A DNA stretch of 63,252 nucleotides, counting the filler, from Chrysochromulina tobinii (taxonomy: Eukaryota), in assembly GCA_001275005.1 (NCBI GenBank). It is 5 parts of 5 records of this genome, joined end to end, with 100 filler letters (N's around TTAATTAATTAA, not from the genome) between each part and the next. Parts side by side here need not be neighbours in the genome. Positions count along the whole stretch, not along the records: positions 8,594 to 27,684 come from JWZX01000427.1; positions 27,785 to 39,311 come from JWZX01000428.1; 3 more parts are not named here. One strand, written 5' to 3'. Positions 21,201 through 32,328 of this stretch are shown here, in pieces; position 1 is the first letter of the stretch, and the number at the start of each line of letters is the position of its first letter. Under the pieces are notes generated by a model, which made no database searches, was not told where the DNA came from, and saw only the letters and a list, made by a program, of their open reading frames with translations. The position numbers and the translations under genes were made by a program.

Positions 21201-23523
21201 CGGCTTCGAGGCTGACGCGACCGCCATCGACGCCGTCTTTGCCGAGCTTGACGTGGACGGCACGGGCTCCATCGAGTACGAGGAGCTCAACAGGCTCCTC
21301 AAGGTGAGCGCGGAGACCCTTCAGGCGCGCAAGGCGGCGCGCGATCGCGCGGCGCGGCAAGCCAAGGCGGCGAGCTTCACGACTCTGCAGCTCATACAAG
21401 GTGGGCCGAGCGTGGTCGAGCAGATTCTCGAACTGCTCGCGAGCAAAGCGGCGCGCGTCAGCGACCTGTTCAAGCTGTGGGACCTGGACGGTAATGGGTA
21501 CATCGACCGGGACGAGTTTCACAGGGCCTTCAGCGCGCTCGGGTACGCGGCGCCGCAGGTAGACATCGACGCCGTCTTCGACCAGATGGATGACGATGGC
21601 AGCGGCTCGATCCGGTACACGGAGCTGCGCGAGTTTGTCGGTACCAAGACTCGGGGACCCGCCGCCAAGAAGGCGCTGGCCGACAAGCGGGCCGAGAAGA
21701 AGGTGGAAAGGGCGGCGGCCAGAGCGGCGGCCAAGGCGGCGGCCGCGGAGGAGGAGGCGGCGCGTGCAGCCGCGGCGGCCAAGCTGCTGCCTCTGGCCTC
21801 ACTGCTGCTCGAGATGGACGAGCCTGAGGACGGCGGCGACGAGGAAGGAGCTTACCGCGTCAAGCTGCGCATCGAGCCCACGATCGCCGCGACGACCGCC
21901 GCCGAGGCATCGACGGCCGCGGTGGACGTGGAGTTTGAGACGGTCGTGGCGGCAGCCACGCCGCCTCTCCAATTGCTCGCGGGTCGGATTCAACGCCTCG
22001 CACCTTCTCGCAAGTCCGAAGTGATCGACGTGCTCAAGGAGAGCGGCATGAGTGCGCGCGAGCAGAAGCAGCTTCTCGAGAACGTCCTCAAAGCAGCCCA
22101 GCGGGAGCACAAGGCAAGCGAGGGCGGCGCCGCCTCGGCGTTGCAGGCGCGCATTCGTGGGCGCAATGCACGCGCGGGCAAGCTGCCACCGCCTCCGACG
22201 CGCGAGCCGTTGGTCCTCGCTCCCGGAGAACACGACGCCTTCGTCAGCGCGTGGCTCGAGGAAGGGCTGCCGTACGACCCCAAAGAAGTCTCTGGCCAGC
22301 TGCGCAGCGCGACGGCGCGCGTGCACACGCTGCAGATGAGCATGACCAAGCAGGTGTCGCAGATGCACAAACTCAAGCGTCAGCTCGAGTCGGCACAGCG
22401 CGGCAAGCGCGAGATGCGTTTCGAGCTCACGAAGCACCTGCGCGCGTCCGAGGCGACGCTGGAGACACCGGCGGACCCATGGCAAGCTCAGCTCGAGAAG
22501 CTCGTCTTCAGCGGCGCCAAGGAGACGCTACGGCGTGAGCAAGAGAAGCTGCAGGCGGTACTCAACGAGCAGCTCGCCTTCGACAACACGGCCCAGGCGC
22601 GCCAGGAGCGCGAGTGGCTGCTGCGCATGGCGGCCAAGGCGCGGCTGGAGGCGGCTGAGGCTGAGGAGCGCGCACTCCGCTCGCGCGCCCAATGGGCCGA
22701 GTCGCGCAAGCTGCACACAGCTCGCTCCATCGAGGCCCTCGAGGTGGCACGGAAGAAGAAGGAAAAGGCGCGCATAGCTGCCGAGGCGACGGCGCGCGAG
22801 CATTTTGAGCGCACGAAGCTCGCAGACGATCGGTTCCTTCGCATGCGTAGCTCGTCGCTCGGCCGCTCGAGCAGCAAGCCGATCCTCTCTCCTATCACGT
22901 CGAGCTCGCTGCCCGTGCTGACGCAGGCGACATTGACGCGGTCTCAGAGCCTCAAGCTGCTGCCGCCCGAGGCGCGCGGCCAATATCAGAGGCCACCCAA
23001 GCGCCCCGAGGGGCCTTTCAGCCCTAGCATGCTCCGTGCGCGCTGGAATCGTCTGCGTGACGCAGCGTCGGCCCACGCGGTGATGCTTGAGCCCCATTTA
23101 TTCCGTGGGGCACCGGACTGGTCGGCGCGCCTAGAGGCGCATGACGCCGACGCGGTGCAGCGTCGCGAGCGGCACGACCAGCACCATCTGCCGCCCATTG
23201 CGAGCCGGCTAGTGCCCTCGCCGGATGGGCGACGAGCTCTGCTGCTGCCACTGCTCCCGCCGCTCATCCCGCCGGTGGCGGCTGAGTTCGTCGCAGAGGA
23301 GGAGGCAGACGTGGACGCGGCGGCAGCGGCGGCAGCGGCAGCAGCGGCGGCAGCCGATGAGCTTGCTGCTGCCGAGGCTGAGCTGCAGGCGGCGCAGTCA
23401 GCCTTGCTGGCGGCCGACGACGTGGAGACCGAGGAGAAGGATCCGTACGACATGGCTGCGGCCAGAGTGCAGTCGACTGTGAGGGGCAATGCGACGCGGC
23501 GGGCGTTGAGGGCGTCAAGCTGA
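18281..23523 (+). CDS. Large ARM-repeat / IQ / 4x EF-hand protein (exons 18281-18733, 18919-23523)
   Basis: Exon 1 is ARM-like ([21 protein letters not shown]); phase-0 GT-AG intron 18734-18918; EF hands [54 protein letters not shown] motifs [45 protein letters not shown] repeats. Confidence 0.85.
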
Positions 23524-23787
23524 GAGATAGTGCTGGTGCATACATGTAGCAGGGGGCGGACGTGAGCGGATGGTGGATCGCGCAAGTGAGTGAGAGAGTT
23601 ATTGAGGCACAGACACACCGTAGTACCGAATACGGGGAACAAGCGAAGTCCGAAGTCGACATGCATGCACCTTTTCCCCCTTGACGCAAAGTATCTATTG
23701 ACTGACGACTCAGCCAAATTAAACTATTAACTAAACTTATTAAACTATAATTGGACACGTTGTAGGCCCTCTCCAAGAGTAGCCAAG

Positions 23788-26700
23788 ATGTTGCCCCACT
23801 TTCCAGTATCGCCCACGAAAGCCGCCCGCGATGCGCGAGTTTCGCTCGCACGGTTGGCTTCCGAGGCGCGCGAGGCGGCCACCTTGGCGGCGGCGGCCGC
23901 CACTCGCGCCCGCGCGGAGGTTTCGAGCCCCGTGAAAGCGCGCCAGGAGGCCACGCAGTTGCAGACCCTCATCGAGGCATTGGGGGCCGAGGTGCGTGAG
24001 CTTGAACTGGTCAGAGACGTCGAGCACAAGAACCATTCCACGGCAAAGATGGACGCCAATCGGCTGCGTATCGCTCAGGAGCAGGCCGAGGCGGAGCTGG
24101 AGCACTCGCAGGCCATGGCTCAGAAGCTCACTTTGCAGATGGCGTCTACGCAGATGGGCCTTGCTGACTACACGGCCAAAAAGGAGCTGGCGGATGAATT
24201 TGCGGCGAAAATGTGGGACGAGGCTGGGAGTGTGGCCGAGCGTGCCAGGGCGTTGAGCGAGAAGGCGGAGGGTGCGGCCAAAGAGTACGGCGTGGCGCAC
24301 AGCGCTAGTTTGAGCGAGAAGGCGCAACGGCTCGGGTGCGCCTCCAAGCTGGCAATGGCGGAGGTGCAGCAGCAGGAGGCAGAGATGGAGCTCAAGGACA
24401 TTGAGCAGAAGTTGAACGAGGCGATGGTGATCATCGAGCGAGCGCCGCGCGTGGGGGAGAACGGCGCGAAGGCGCTGTGGGAGAAGCGTCAGTCCCAGCA
24501 GACAGCAGACAGCTTGTCGGAGCACTTGTCTATGGCGCAGATCCGCGTGGAGCGATGCATCGAGGCGGTGTCGGAAGCCCAGAAGAGCCTGAAGGCCGCC
24601 GCAGAGGCCGAGGTTCCCATCAATGTGCTCGCCGCGGAGCTCGATGCGGCACGCATTGAAGCTCAGGGGTTGGCACAGCAGGCTGAGCTCGCTTCAGCAG
24701 GCGCAGAGGCGGCGGCGCGCAAGGCCGAGCAAGCGGCGCGTGTGGCGCGCGCCGCTCATCAAGGTGCAGAGACGAAGCTCGGCCGGGAGCTGCCTGCAAA
24801 GGAGGCAGCGGACGAGGCAGCGGAGAAGGCGATCGAGGTCCTCGATCAAGCAAGGGCGCGCAGTGTGGCCGCGAGGCAACGAGAGATCGACTGCGAAGCG
24901 ACGGCGAGCGCGGCCAAGATGGCATGCGAGCGCAAACAGACGGAGTGGCAGGCGCTCCTTGCCGACGCGAAGGCCAAGAATGCGATCGCCTCAGGGCTCG
25001 AGGCGAAGGAGGTGACGGCCAAGGAGGCGGAGGCGCTTGCCGCCAAGCTGGAGGCCGACGCGGTGGCGGCTGAGGCGCGTCAATACGACCTGCGCGAGAT
25101 CCTCACGGAGACTACTTCGGTGGCCAAGAGCTCCGAGGCCAAGGGCGAGGGCCTGCACATGACGCGGGCGGGACAGCGCACCACTTTCCAGATCGAGGCA
25201 CGCGATGTCTACGGCGACAGGGTCCCTAACGGTGGCGACCTCTTCTTCGTCTCCATTCGGTATTGCGGGCAGGGCACACGCCTGCGCGCGAAGGTGCTCG
25301 ACAACAAAGACGGTACGTACACGGTGACCTACAAACCGGGGAGTACCGGGCGCATCACGATCAGCGTCTCCCTCGCGGGAAAGCCACTCGAAGGCTCGCC
25401 CTTTACGTGCAACGTGCGCGCGCCGCCGCAGCCATGCGCCTCGACCTGCCTGGTGAGCGGCGACGCTCTCACTCGGGCCGTCGCGGGCAACAAGGAGGTG
25501 TTCACGATCTCGTTCCGCGACGAGCTGGGGCAGCTGACCTTCGCGACCGAGCTCGACGTGTGCGTCTTCCCCGCCTTGTTCCCCGCGCGCGAGGACGCCG
25601 TCGCCGTGGGCGGCATGGAGGCATCCCCTCCAGCCGATCGGACAATGGGCAGCCCGAGATCACCAATGTCACCATCCAGCCCAGTCCAGTCGAGTGGCTC
25701 GACGGAGGCGAGCCGGTACTGGGAAGGCGGCGGCGAGGCGGGCGAGAAGATGGTCGTGGCGACCACGACGCTCGATCTGACGCTCACCGTTGATGAGGAC
25801 AGCACATGGCTGGGCAAGGTGCATCCAGGGTGCGTCTTGCGGGTGCTGCGCACTGAAGCAGTAGGTGACGAGGCCGAGGGCGTGGTGCGTGCGATGGTGG
25901 CGCTTGAGGGCATCGAGGAGTTCAAAGGCAACTTGAGCTGGCGTAACACATACGCCGTCCAGCAGCAGTGGCGCACGAGAAGCTGGCGCGAGGCGGTGGG
26001 CGAGTTGGAGAGGACGAAAGAGGATGCCATCCACAACCAGAAAGCAGAGAGGGAAGCGGCCATCCAACGCGCCAAGGAGCGCTCTGCTCGGAGGACTAGG
26101 GAGGCAGCGGCGGAGCGCGAGGCAGAGGCCGCTGCGGAGGCTGCGAAGTCCGCGGCGGAGGCTGCGGAGGCTGCGGCCGCCGCGGCAGACGCTGCAAAGG
26201 CGCGCGAGGCAGAAGCGAGGGCTGCCGAAGCGGCGAAGAATCAAGAAGCAAGAAGAAGAAGAAGAAGCAAGGATGGCGAGGCGCCGCTGGACGGCGAGGC
26301 GCCGCTGGTTGCACCGTCAAGCCCGGCCTCGCCTTCGAAGGCCCAAAGGCCTAAGACGATCGAGAAGAAGGGCGGGAGTCCAAAGCCGGACAAGAACGAC
26401 AAGGGCGAGACAAGCAGCAGTGCGAAGGCCGAAAAGAAGGCCGTGGACGCTCCAAAGTCACCATCCTCGCCCGAGAAGAAGAAGAAGAAGAAGGGCAAGT
26501 CACCGAAGGCGGCCGAGGCGGCGCGGCGCGCGGCCGAGGCACTGAAGATGGAGGGTGCGGCCACCAAGCTCCAGAGCAAGTTTCGCGCGCTGCTGGCGCG
26601 GCGTAAGGTGCAGCAGAAGAAGGCACAAGCCGCTCTACTCAAGGAGAAATCGCGCCGTGGAAGCTCCCCATCCAAGAAGAACCATCCAAGAAGCCCATCC

Positions 26701-27684
26701 AAAACGATGAGCCAGCCGACCGGCGCAGGGTCCAGCGCACAGGCGACTCGGTTGGGAGGCAATGGTTCCCAGGGTGGCCAGAGTCCTCGGCGCTTCTTCC
26801 CTGGCGTGTCGAGCGGATGGATTACCCTTCAGACGCGACAGTGCGTCTTTGCGTCCAGGGTGGGCGTTCGGCTCTCAGCCATTGAGAGGCAGCGCAGCCT
26901 GCAGAGCTGGATTAGCAAGCAGGCCATTTCTTCGGAGCACGAGTGTGCGGAGGTGCTCGCGCGCGAACACATCGTCCCAACCGACATGAGCTTTAGCACA
27001 ACGACGCTCAGTGGTGCTCAGTGGCTCGGAAGATTCGAGGTAGCAAGCGGCGGGTCCTCGGCTGCGCACGCCAGCGCACTCGCGCGCCGGTCAAGGAATG
27101 GATTCGCATACGGTGGCGTGTCGCCCGGCCCCAAGGCTCGAGGTCAGGTGCTCGAGAGCCACGAGGTTCACTTCTCAGTCGACACGGCGAGCACCTTCTG
27201 GCTGCACATCTCACTGCGCTCGCAGACGGCCCCCGTACTGGGCTCGCCCTTTCTACTCACGGTGAAGCCGGGGCCAGCGCACCCGCTGCTCACTCAGGTG
27301 CAGCAGCCGCTGGTTGGCCATTCCACCGGTCTGCCGCCCGAGCACGCAGAGCAGCTGCGGACTGCGGCGTCCCAGGCGGCTGGTCGCGCAAAGCAGCGCC
27401 ACGAAGATGAGAAGGAGCGGGAGAGATTGGCAGCGCTCGCAAAGCAGCCGCGACGTCCATACGTAGCGGCGGAGACGAACGAGATGCACGAGAACACGAG
27501 CGAGGCCGCAGCGGCAGCCGCTGCGGCGGCGCGCGAGGCAGAGGCCAGGGCGGCCGAGGAGGCCCTGGTGCGCAAGTCCAAGGCCGAGAAGGCCGCCGCC
27601 TTGGCCGAGAAGGCGGCGGCCGACTTGGCCAGGGCGCAGTGGTTCAGTTGCACATCGGAGCTCATCGTGCGCGATCGGATGGGC
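23788..27684 (+). CDS. Coiled-coil + filamin/ABP280 Ig-repeat + IQ protein, 3'-truncated
   Basis: GEGLHMTRAGQRTTFQIEARDVYG...VLDNKDGTYTVTYKP...GKPLEGSPF is a filamin repeat; IQ-like LQSKFRALLARRK. Confidence 0.85.
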
Positions 27685-27784
27685 NNNNNNNNNNNNNNNN
27701 NNNNNNNNNNNNNNNNNNNNNNNNNNNNTTAATTAATTAANNNNNNNNNNNNNNNNNNNNNNNNNNNNNNNNNNNNNNNNNNNN
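27685..27784. other. Artificial contig linker
   Basis: 44 N + TTAATTAATTAA + 44 N. Confidence 0.99.
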
Positions 27785-28664
27785 TTGGGCCATCCACGAT
27801 GATGGCAAGGAAGCCATCGCGGCGCTGGCGGAGCCAGTCGCAGAACGAGTCGGCGTAGTCGACGTGGACTTGCACAGCGATCTGGCCGGTAGGGCGTCCG
27901 CTGTCTTTGACGAGCGAGAACGCGGCTTTGCCCGCGGGAAAGTGCCGCAGGAACGCAGCCTCCGCCTCCGAATCGCCGTAGGTAGCGCGAAAGTGGGCAT
28001 AGACAATGTTGATGCGGAAGCGGCTGACTGCAGCGCCCGCGGTGGCCATCGTCGCACCCGCGCCGATGAGGCAGACATTGTCTTCCGCTTCCGGATGCGT
28101 GCTCGTAATCGGCGTAGCAATGACCTTGCGCATCATCGCGTGTTCCGCGGGGCGCTGCGGCCGAGCATTGTTGGCTATGAGAGCAACCGTCGGCGTGGAC
28201 TCAAAGCGCTGCAACTGTTGCAGCGCACGGACCATATCGGGGGTTTGTGCCCCACCCTCGTTGACCACCACCGCCCTCGGGCGTGTGTCCGCGAGTTGCC
28301 GAGCAATGTTGTCACCAACAATATCGGGCGCGTTGGCGCCGTATTCCAGACCAGGTTCGTGTGGCGCAGGAAGCGAGTCCATGTCGGTATCAGGCGGCGG
28401 AGGAGGCGCTCCAGATGGCCCAGATGCCGGCACCCCCCCATTTGGTGAGTCGCCATCGGGATTGGGGCGCGGGCGGCGGGTCGGGTGCTCTTGCGAGTTG
28501 ATTGCGTGTGATGCCATATTATCCGCCGCAATGTCCCCCGCGTTCTGGCCGTACACTAGGCCGGCGTCGTGAGGCAAATTGGGTGGAGGAGGCGATGAAA
28601 GTTGTTGCGCAGCGAGTGAAGGCGCAAAAGGTGACGAGATGTTCGAGGCGTGAAAAGCGTCCAT
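27785..28664 (-). CDS. Hypothetical protein, truncated; possibly ORF1/gag-like protein of a retroelement
   Basis: Open to the contig end; Pro-rich disordered N-terminus with a duplicated motif (PHDAGLVYGQNAGDIAADN / PHEPGLEYGANAPDIVGDN), then an alpha/beta segment; weaker GC3 bias than neighbours. No RT seen. Confidence 0.5.
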
Positions 28665-28931
28665 CTCCGGTGAAGGGAAGGTGGAAGAAGGCACGGGCAG
28701 CGCGGCAAGAGCGCGAGGCGATCACGAAGTTTCACGGAGCGAGACGCGACTGTCGGCAATCCGCCTTTCTAGCCACGCTCCACGAACAACGACCCACGTT
28801 TCGAACTCGGCAGGCTTTCAGAAGGAAAAAAGGTCAGCAAATTCAAGAGAGAACGTCCCAGCCTCTTCACTACAATGTTATGTTCCCGAAATGGCACAAG
28901 TTTCACAGCACACATGCGAGAAGCCGCGCCG

Positions 28932-31900
28932 ATGGGCTTCCCGCGCTGCCCGCGCTGGCTCGCCGCCGCGACGGTGCTGCAGGGGATCGCCGCGACGGTG
29001 CTGCTCCTCTTGGTGATTCAGCCGACTACGGTGGTGGTGCAATCCTTGCAGCCGACTGCCTTGCCGCAGGGCTTCGCCGCGCTGATCAGTCCATCTGTCC
29101 CCGCCGTCACGGAGCCGCAGGCACAGATGCGAGGCCCGCCTGCAGCCGCTGCCCAGTTGGAGCATCCCGCCGCCGCCGACGCTGCCGCCAAGCGGTACGC
29201 GTACGGTGTCGAGGCGCCATTGGAGCTGCCCTCGCCGCCTCCGCCCGAGCCAGCGATGCCGGTTGCGTCGGCGGCGGCGGGATGCTCCGCCGACCGGCGG
29301 TACGACCGGTACCTCGCAAGCCGGCAGTGGACGGCGGCCGAGATGGCGGTGGTCAAGGGCATTGTCAACGCCAGCACGCCCACCGCCAAGCCTGCCACCT
29401 TCCACGGCTACGTGTGCTATCAGCACCGGAACGTGTCGGACGACCCACCACGACGGGGCTGCGCGAACACGGGCGGCGCGGGCGCAGCGCGGCGGAGCGA
29501 GCGGTGCCGAGCGCGCGAGCCAACGTTCCCGACGCCCGCGGGCACGTGCCTGTGCTGCCCGATGAAGGGCCACGTATGCCCGCCCTGCTGGGGCTGCCTG
29601 ATGCCGCTCTCTCGACGGCGCGCGTTTGGCGGCAAACTGTACCGATGCCGTGCTGTGGAACGCTGATGGCCTCTGATTGCAATGGAGTGCGATGATGGAG
29701 TGCGATGGAGTGCGATGGATTGCGAATGAGTGGGTCTGATTGCGTGCCTCATCAGGTACGAGCAGCACCTGATGACCTCTGATGACCTCTGATGACCTCT
29801 ATAACCTCTGATGACCTCTGATGGCCTCTGATGGCCTCTGATGGCCTCTGATGGCCTCTGATGACCTCTGATGGCCTGCCTCATCAGGTACGAGCGCGAG
29901 ACCGGGGGCACAGCCAACGTGTACCTCGCTGTGGAAGAGCTCCGAGGCGCCAAGGTCGATGTGGTCTTCAAGCTGCGTGATGGCGAGGTGAGGGCGAGGA
30001 GCGAGCCGCTGATTGCGTCTGATTGCGTCTGATTGCGTCCCTCATCAGTTGATGACGGGCGAGGAGGGCGAGTCCGCACGCTGATGACCTATGATTGCAT
30101 GCGTCTGATTGCGTCCCTCATCAGGTGACGGACGAGGAGCGCGAGTCCACTCGCCTTGTCTGATTGCATGCTGATTGCCTCTGATCGCGTCTGATTGCGT
30201 CCCTCATCAGGTGACGGACGAGGAGCGCGAGTCCACACGCCTTGTCGAAGCCGTTGGAGAGCGCTGCGGACTGGTGCGTGCCTAATGATCACGCAATCAG
30301 GAGCCTGATGATCACGCAATCAGGAGCCTGATGATCACGCAATCAGGAGCCTGATGATCACGCAATCAGGAGCCTGATGATCACGCAATCAAGAGCCTGA
30401 TGATCACGCAATCAAGAGCCTGATGATCACGCAATCAAGAGCCTGATGATCACGGATTGCCAATGAGTGCCACCACTCATTGCATGCTGATGACCTCTGA
30501 TTGCCTCGCTCATCAGGTGCGACCGATCGTCGCTCTCGAATGGGTCGCCGATCTCGCCATCCTTCGCCCCCCCACCACCTCCTCCACCAACTCCAGGGCC
30601 GCCTTCGACGCGCGCCGTCCCGAGCGCCGCCCGGCGGTGGCGGCCGAGCTCGCAAGGGGGGTCTCCGCGGACATGCTCATGCGCTCGCATGCCTTCGGCC
30701 CGAACAAGCAGGCGAGTGCCACTGATGATCGCCACTCGTTGCCCCTAATTGCGACTCAAGGACACTGATGGCCACTGATGACTGCTGATGACCACTGATG
30801 GCCACCGATGACCTCTGATGGCCACTAATTGCGCCCCCATCCCCTTCTGCGAAGCAGGAGAGGCAGGGGAGACGTGCGCGTGACATGGCGTGGCAGGTGG
30901 GCACACATTGTTTGCACCTCTGATTGCACCTCTGATTGCACCTCTGATTGCCCCTAATTGGCATCTGAGTGCCCTCCCTAATTTGGCAGCTTCGGCGGGT
31001 CGACTCCGCCTCCCTCGTCCAATCCGCTCTCTTCGACGCTCTGTTCGCATCGGGAGATCGACATCTGGAGCACCTCATGCTTCGGGAGGGTGGGGGGCTC
31101 ACCCTCATCGACAATGCGCACACCATCCTCACGCCCCGGTACCGCACAGACCGCCTCTGATGACCTCTGTGAGCCTCTCTTATGACCTCTGTGAGCCTGC
31201 CACGACAGGTACAACACGCGCCACACGCCCAACTCCCTCTTTCTTCCCGGCGCCAACTTCCATTTAAGGAACAAGCTCGGCTTTCCATTCTTGCACTGCT
31301 GCACCCTGCGCTCCACCTGCCCCACCCCCAAGCCGCGCACCTGCCCATTTCCCCACACGCTATACTGGCCCGCCTTGCCGCTCGACTACCGGTGCCACGT
31401 GCCGCGGGGGCGTGTGGGGAAAGCGCTGCCGCCGCGGATGGCGTCGTGTGTGAACGAGCTCGTTCACACCGAGCGGGCGGCGCTCGCGGCCCAGCTGGGC
31501 GTGCGCGCGGGCTCGCGCCGTCTTGAGCGCCTCGTGGGCCGCGCGAAGCTGTTACTCGAGCGCGGCCTTGAGGGGTGCGCTGATTGCCACTGATGACTGC
31601 TGATCACTACGCTGTTCTTCCTGAAATATGCCTGATTGCCTCCATCATCAGGGCGCTCCGGGCCACCGAATGGTCGCCCGGATACTACAATGAGGGCGCC
31701 TTGCATAACGGGGCTGGGGTACCCGCGCCGTGCTGTGCGATCACACTCGACGGGCGGACGGTGCGTGCATGCGTGCCGCTGATGGCGCCTGATTGCGCCT
31801 GAATGCTCCTGATTACACCCGATTGCGATCACGCTCGACGGGCGGACGGTGCGTGCATGCGTGCCGCTGATGGCGCCTGATTGCGCCTGATGGGACCTGA

Positions 31901-32283
31901 GCACACCGTCTTGGACTTGATGGGAGCTGATTGCGCCTGATTGCGCCTGATTGCGCATAGTAACGCCTGATGGGAGCTGATTGCGCCTGATTGCGCCTGA
32001 TTGCGCCTGATTGCGCCTAATTGCGCCTGATGGGATCTGATTGCGCCTGATGGCTCGCAGGGCAACCGCCAAGACGACGAGTGGCGCTGCCACGCACCCG
32101 TGGCCGAATCCCTCCAAACTTTCCAGTTTTGGGACGATGGACGGTTGGCATACGAAGCCGTTGGCGCCTCTGACGTGTTCGGCCATCCGTCGGCCTTCTT
32201 GCCGAAACGCGCTGCGCCGGGCGTCATCACGTCCGTCGCGCTCGCGGGGGCGCTGCACTCCTTCTCCCTGACGCATTGGGAAG
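28932..32283 (+). CDS. Type-II membrane, secretory-pathway kinase-like protein (FAM20/Four-jointed/PI3_4-kinase-like fold), multi-exon; 3' boundary uncertain
   Basis: Exons 28932-29638, 29888-29987, 30211-30273, 30517-30711, 30858-30896, 30990-31138, 31209-31574, 31652-31760, 32061- join in frame. N-terminal TM, GGTANVY...VVFK, ALFDALFASGDRHLEHLML...LTLIDNAH, NSLFLP, LDYRCHVP. Confidence 0.75.
30285..30450. repeat. Seven tandem copies of 23-mer ATGATCACGCAATCA(G/A)GAGCCTG inside intron 30274-30516
   Basis: Direct count: four G-type copies then three A-type copies. Confidence 0.9.
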
Positions 32284-32328
32284 TACCCACGAACCGCTCG
32301 TTCACACCGACGCACCTGGTTCACACCC

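Noticed and set aside
29988..30210. Repeat-spacer-like arrays as CRISPR
   Set aside because: The 'spacers' are copies of the adjacent exon, repeats vary in length, there are no cas genes, and the context is eukaryotic.
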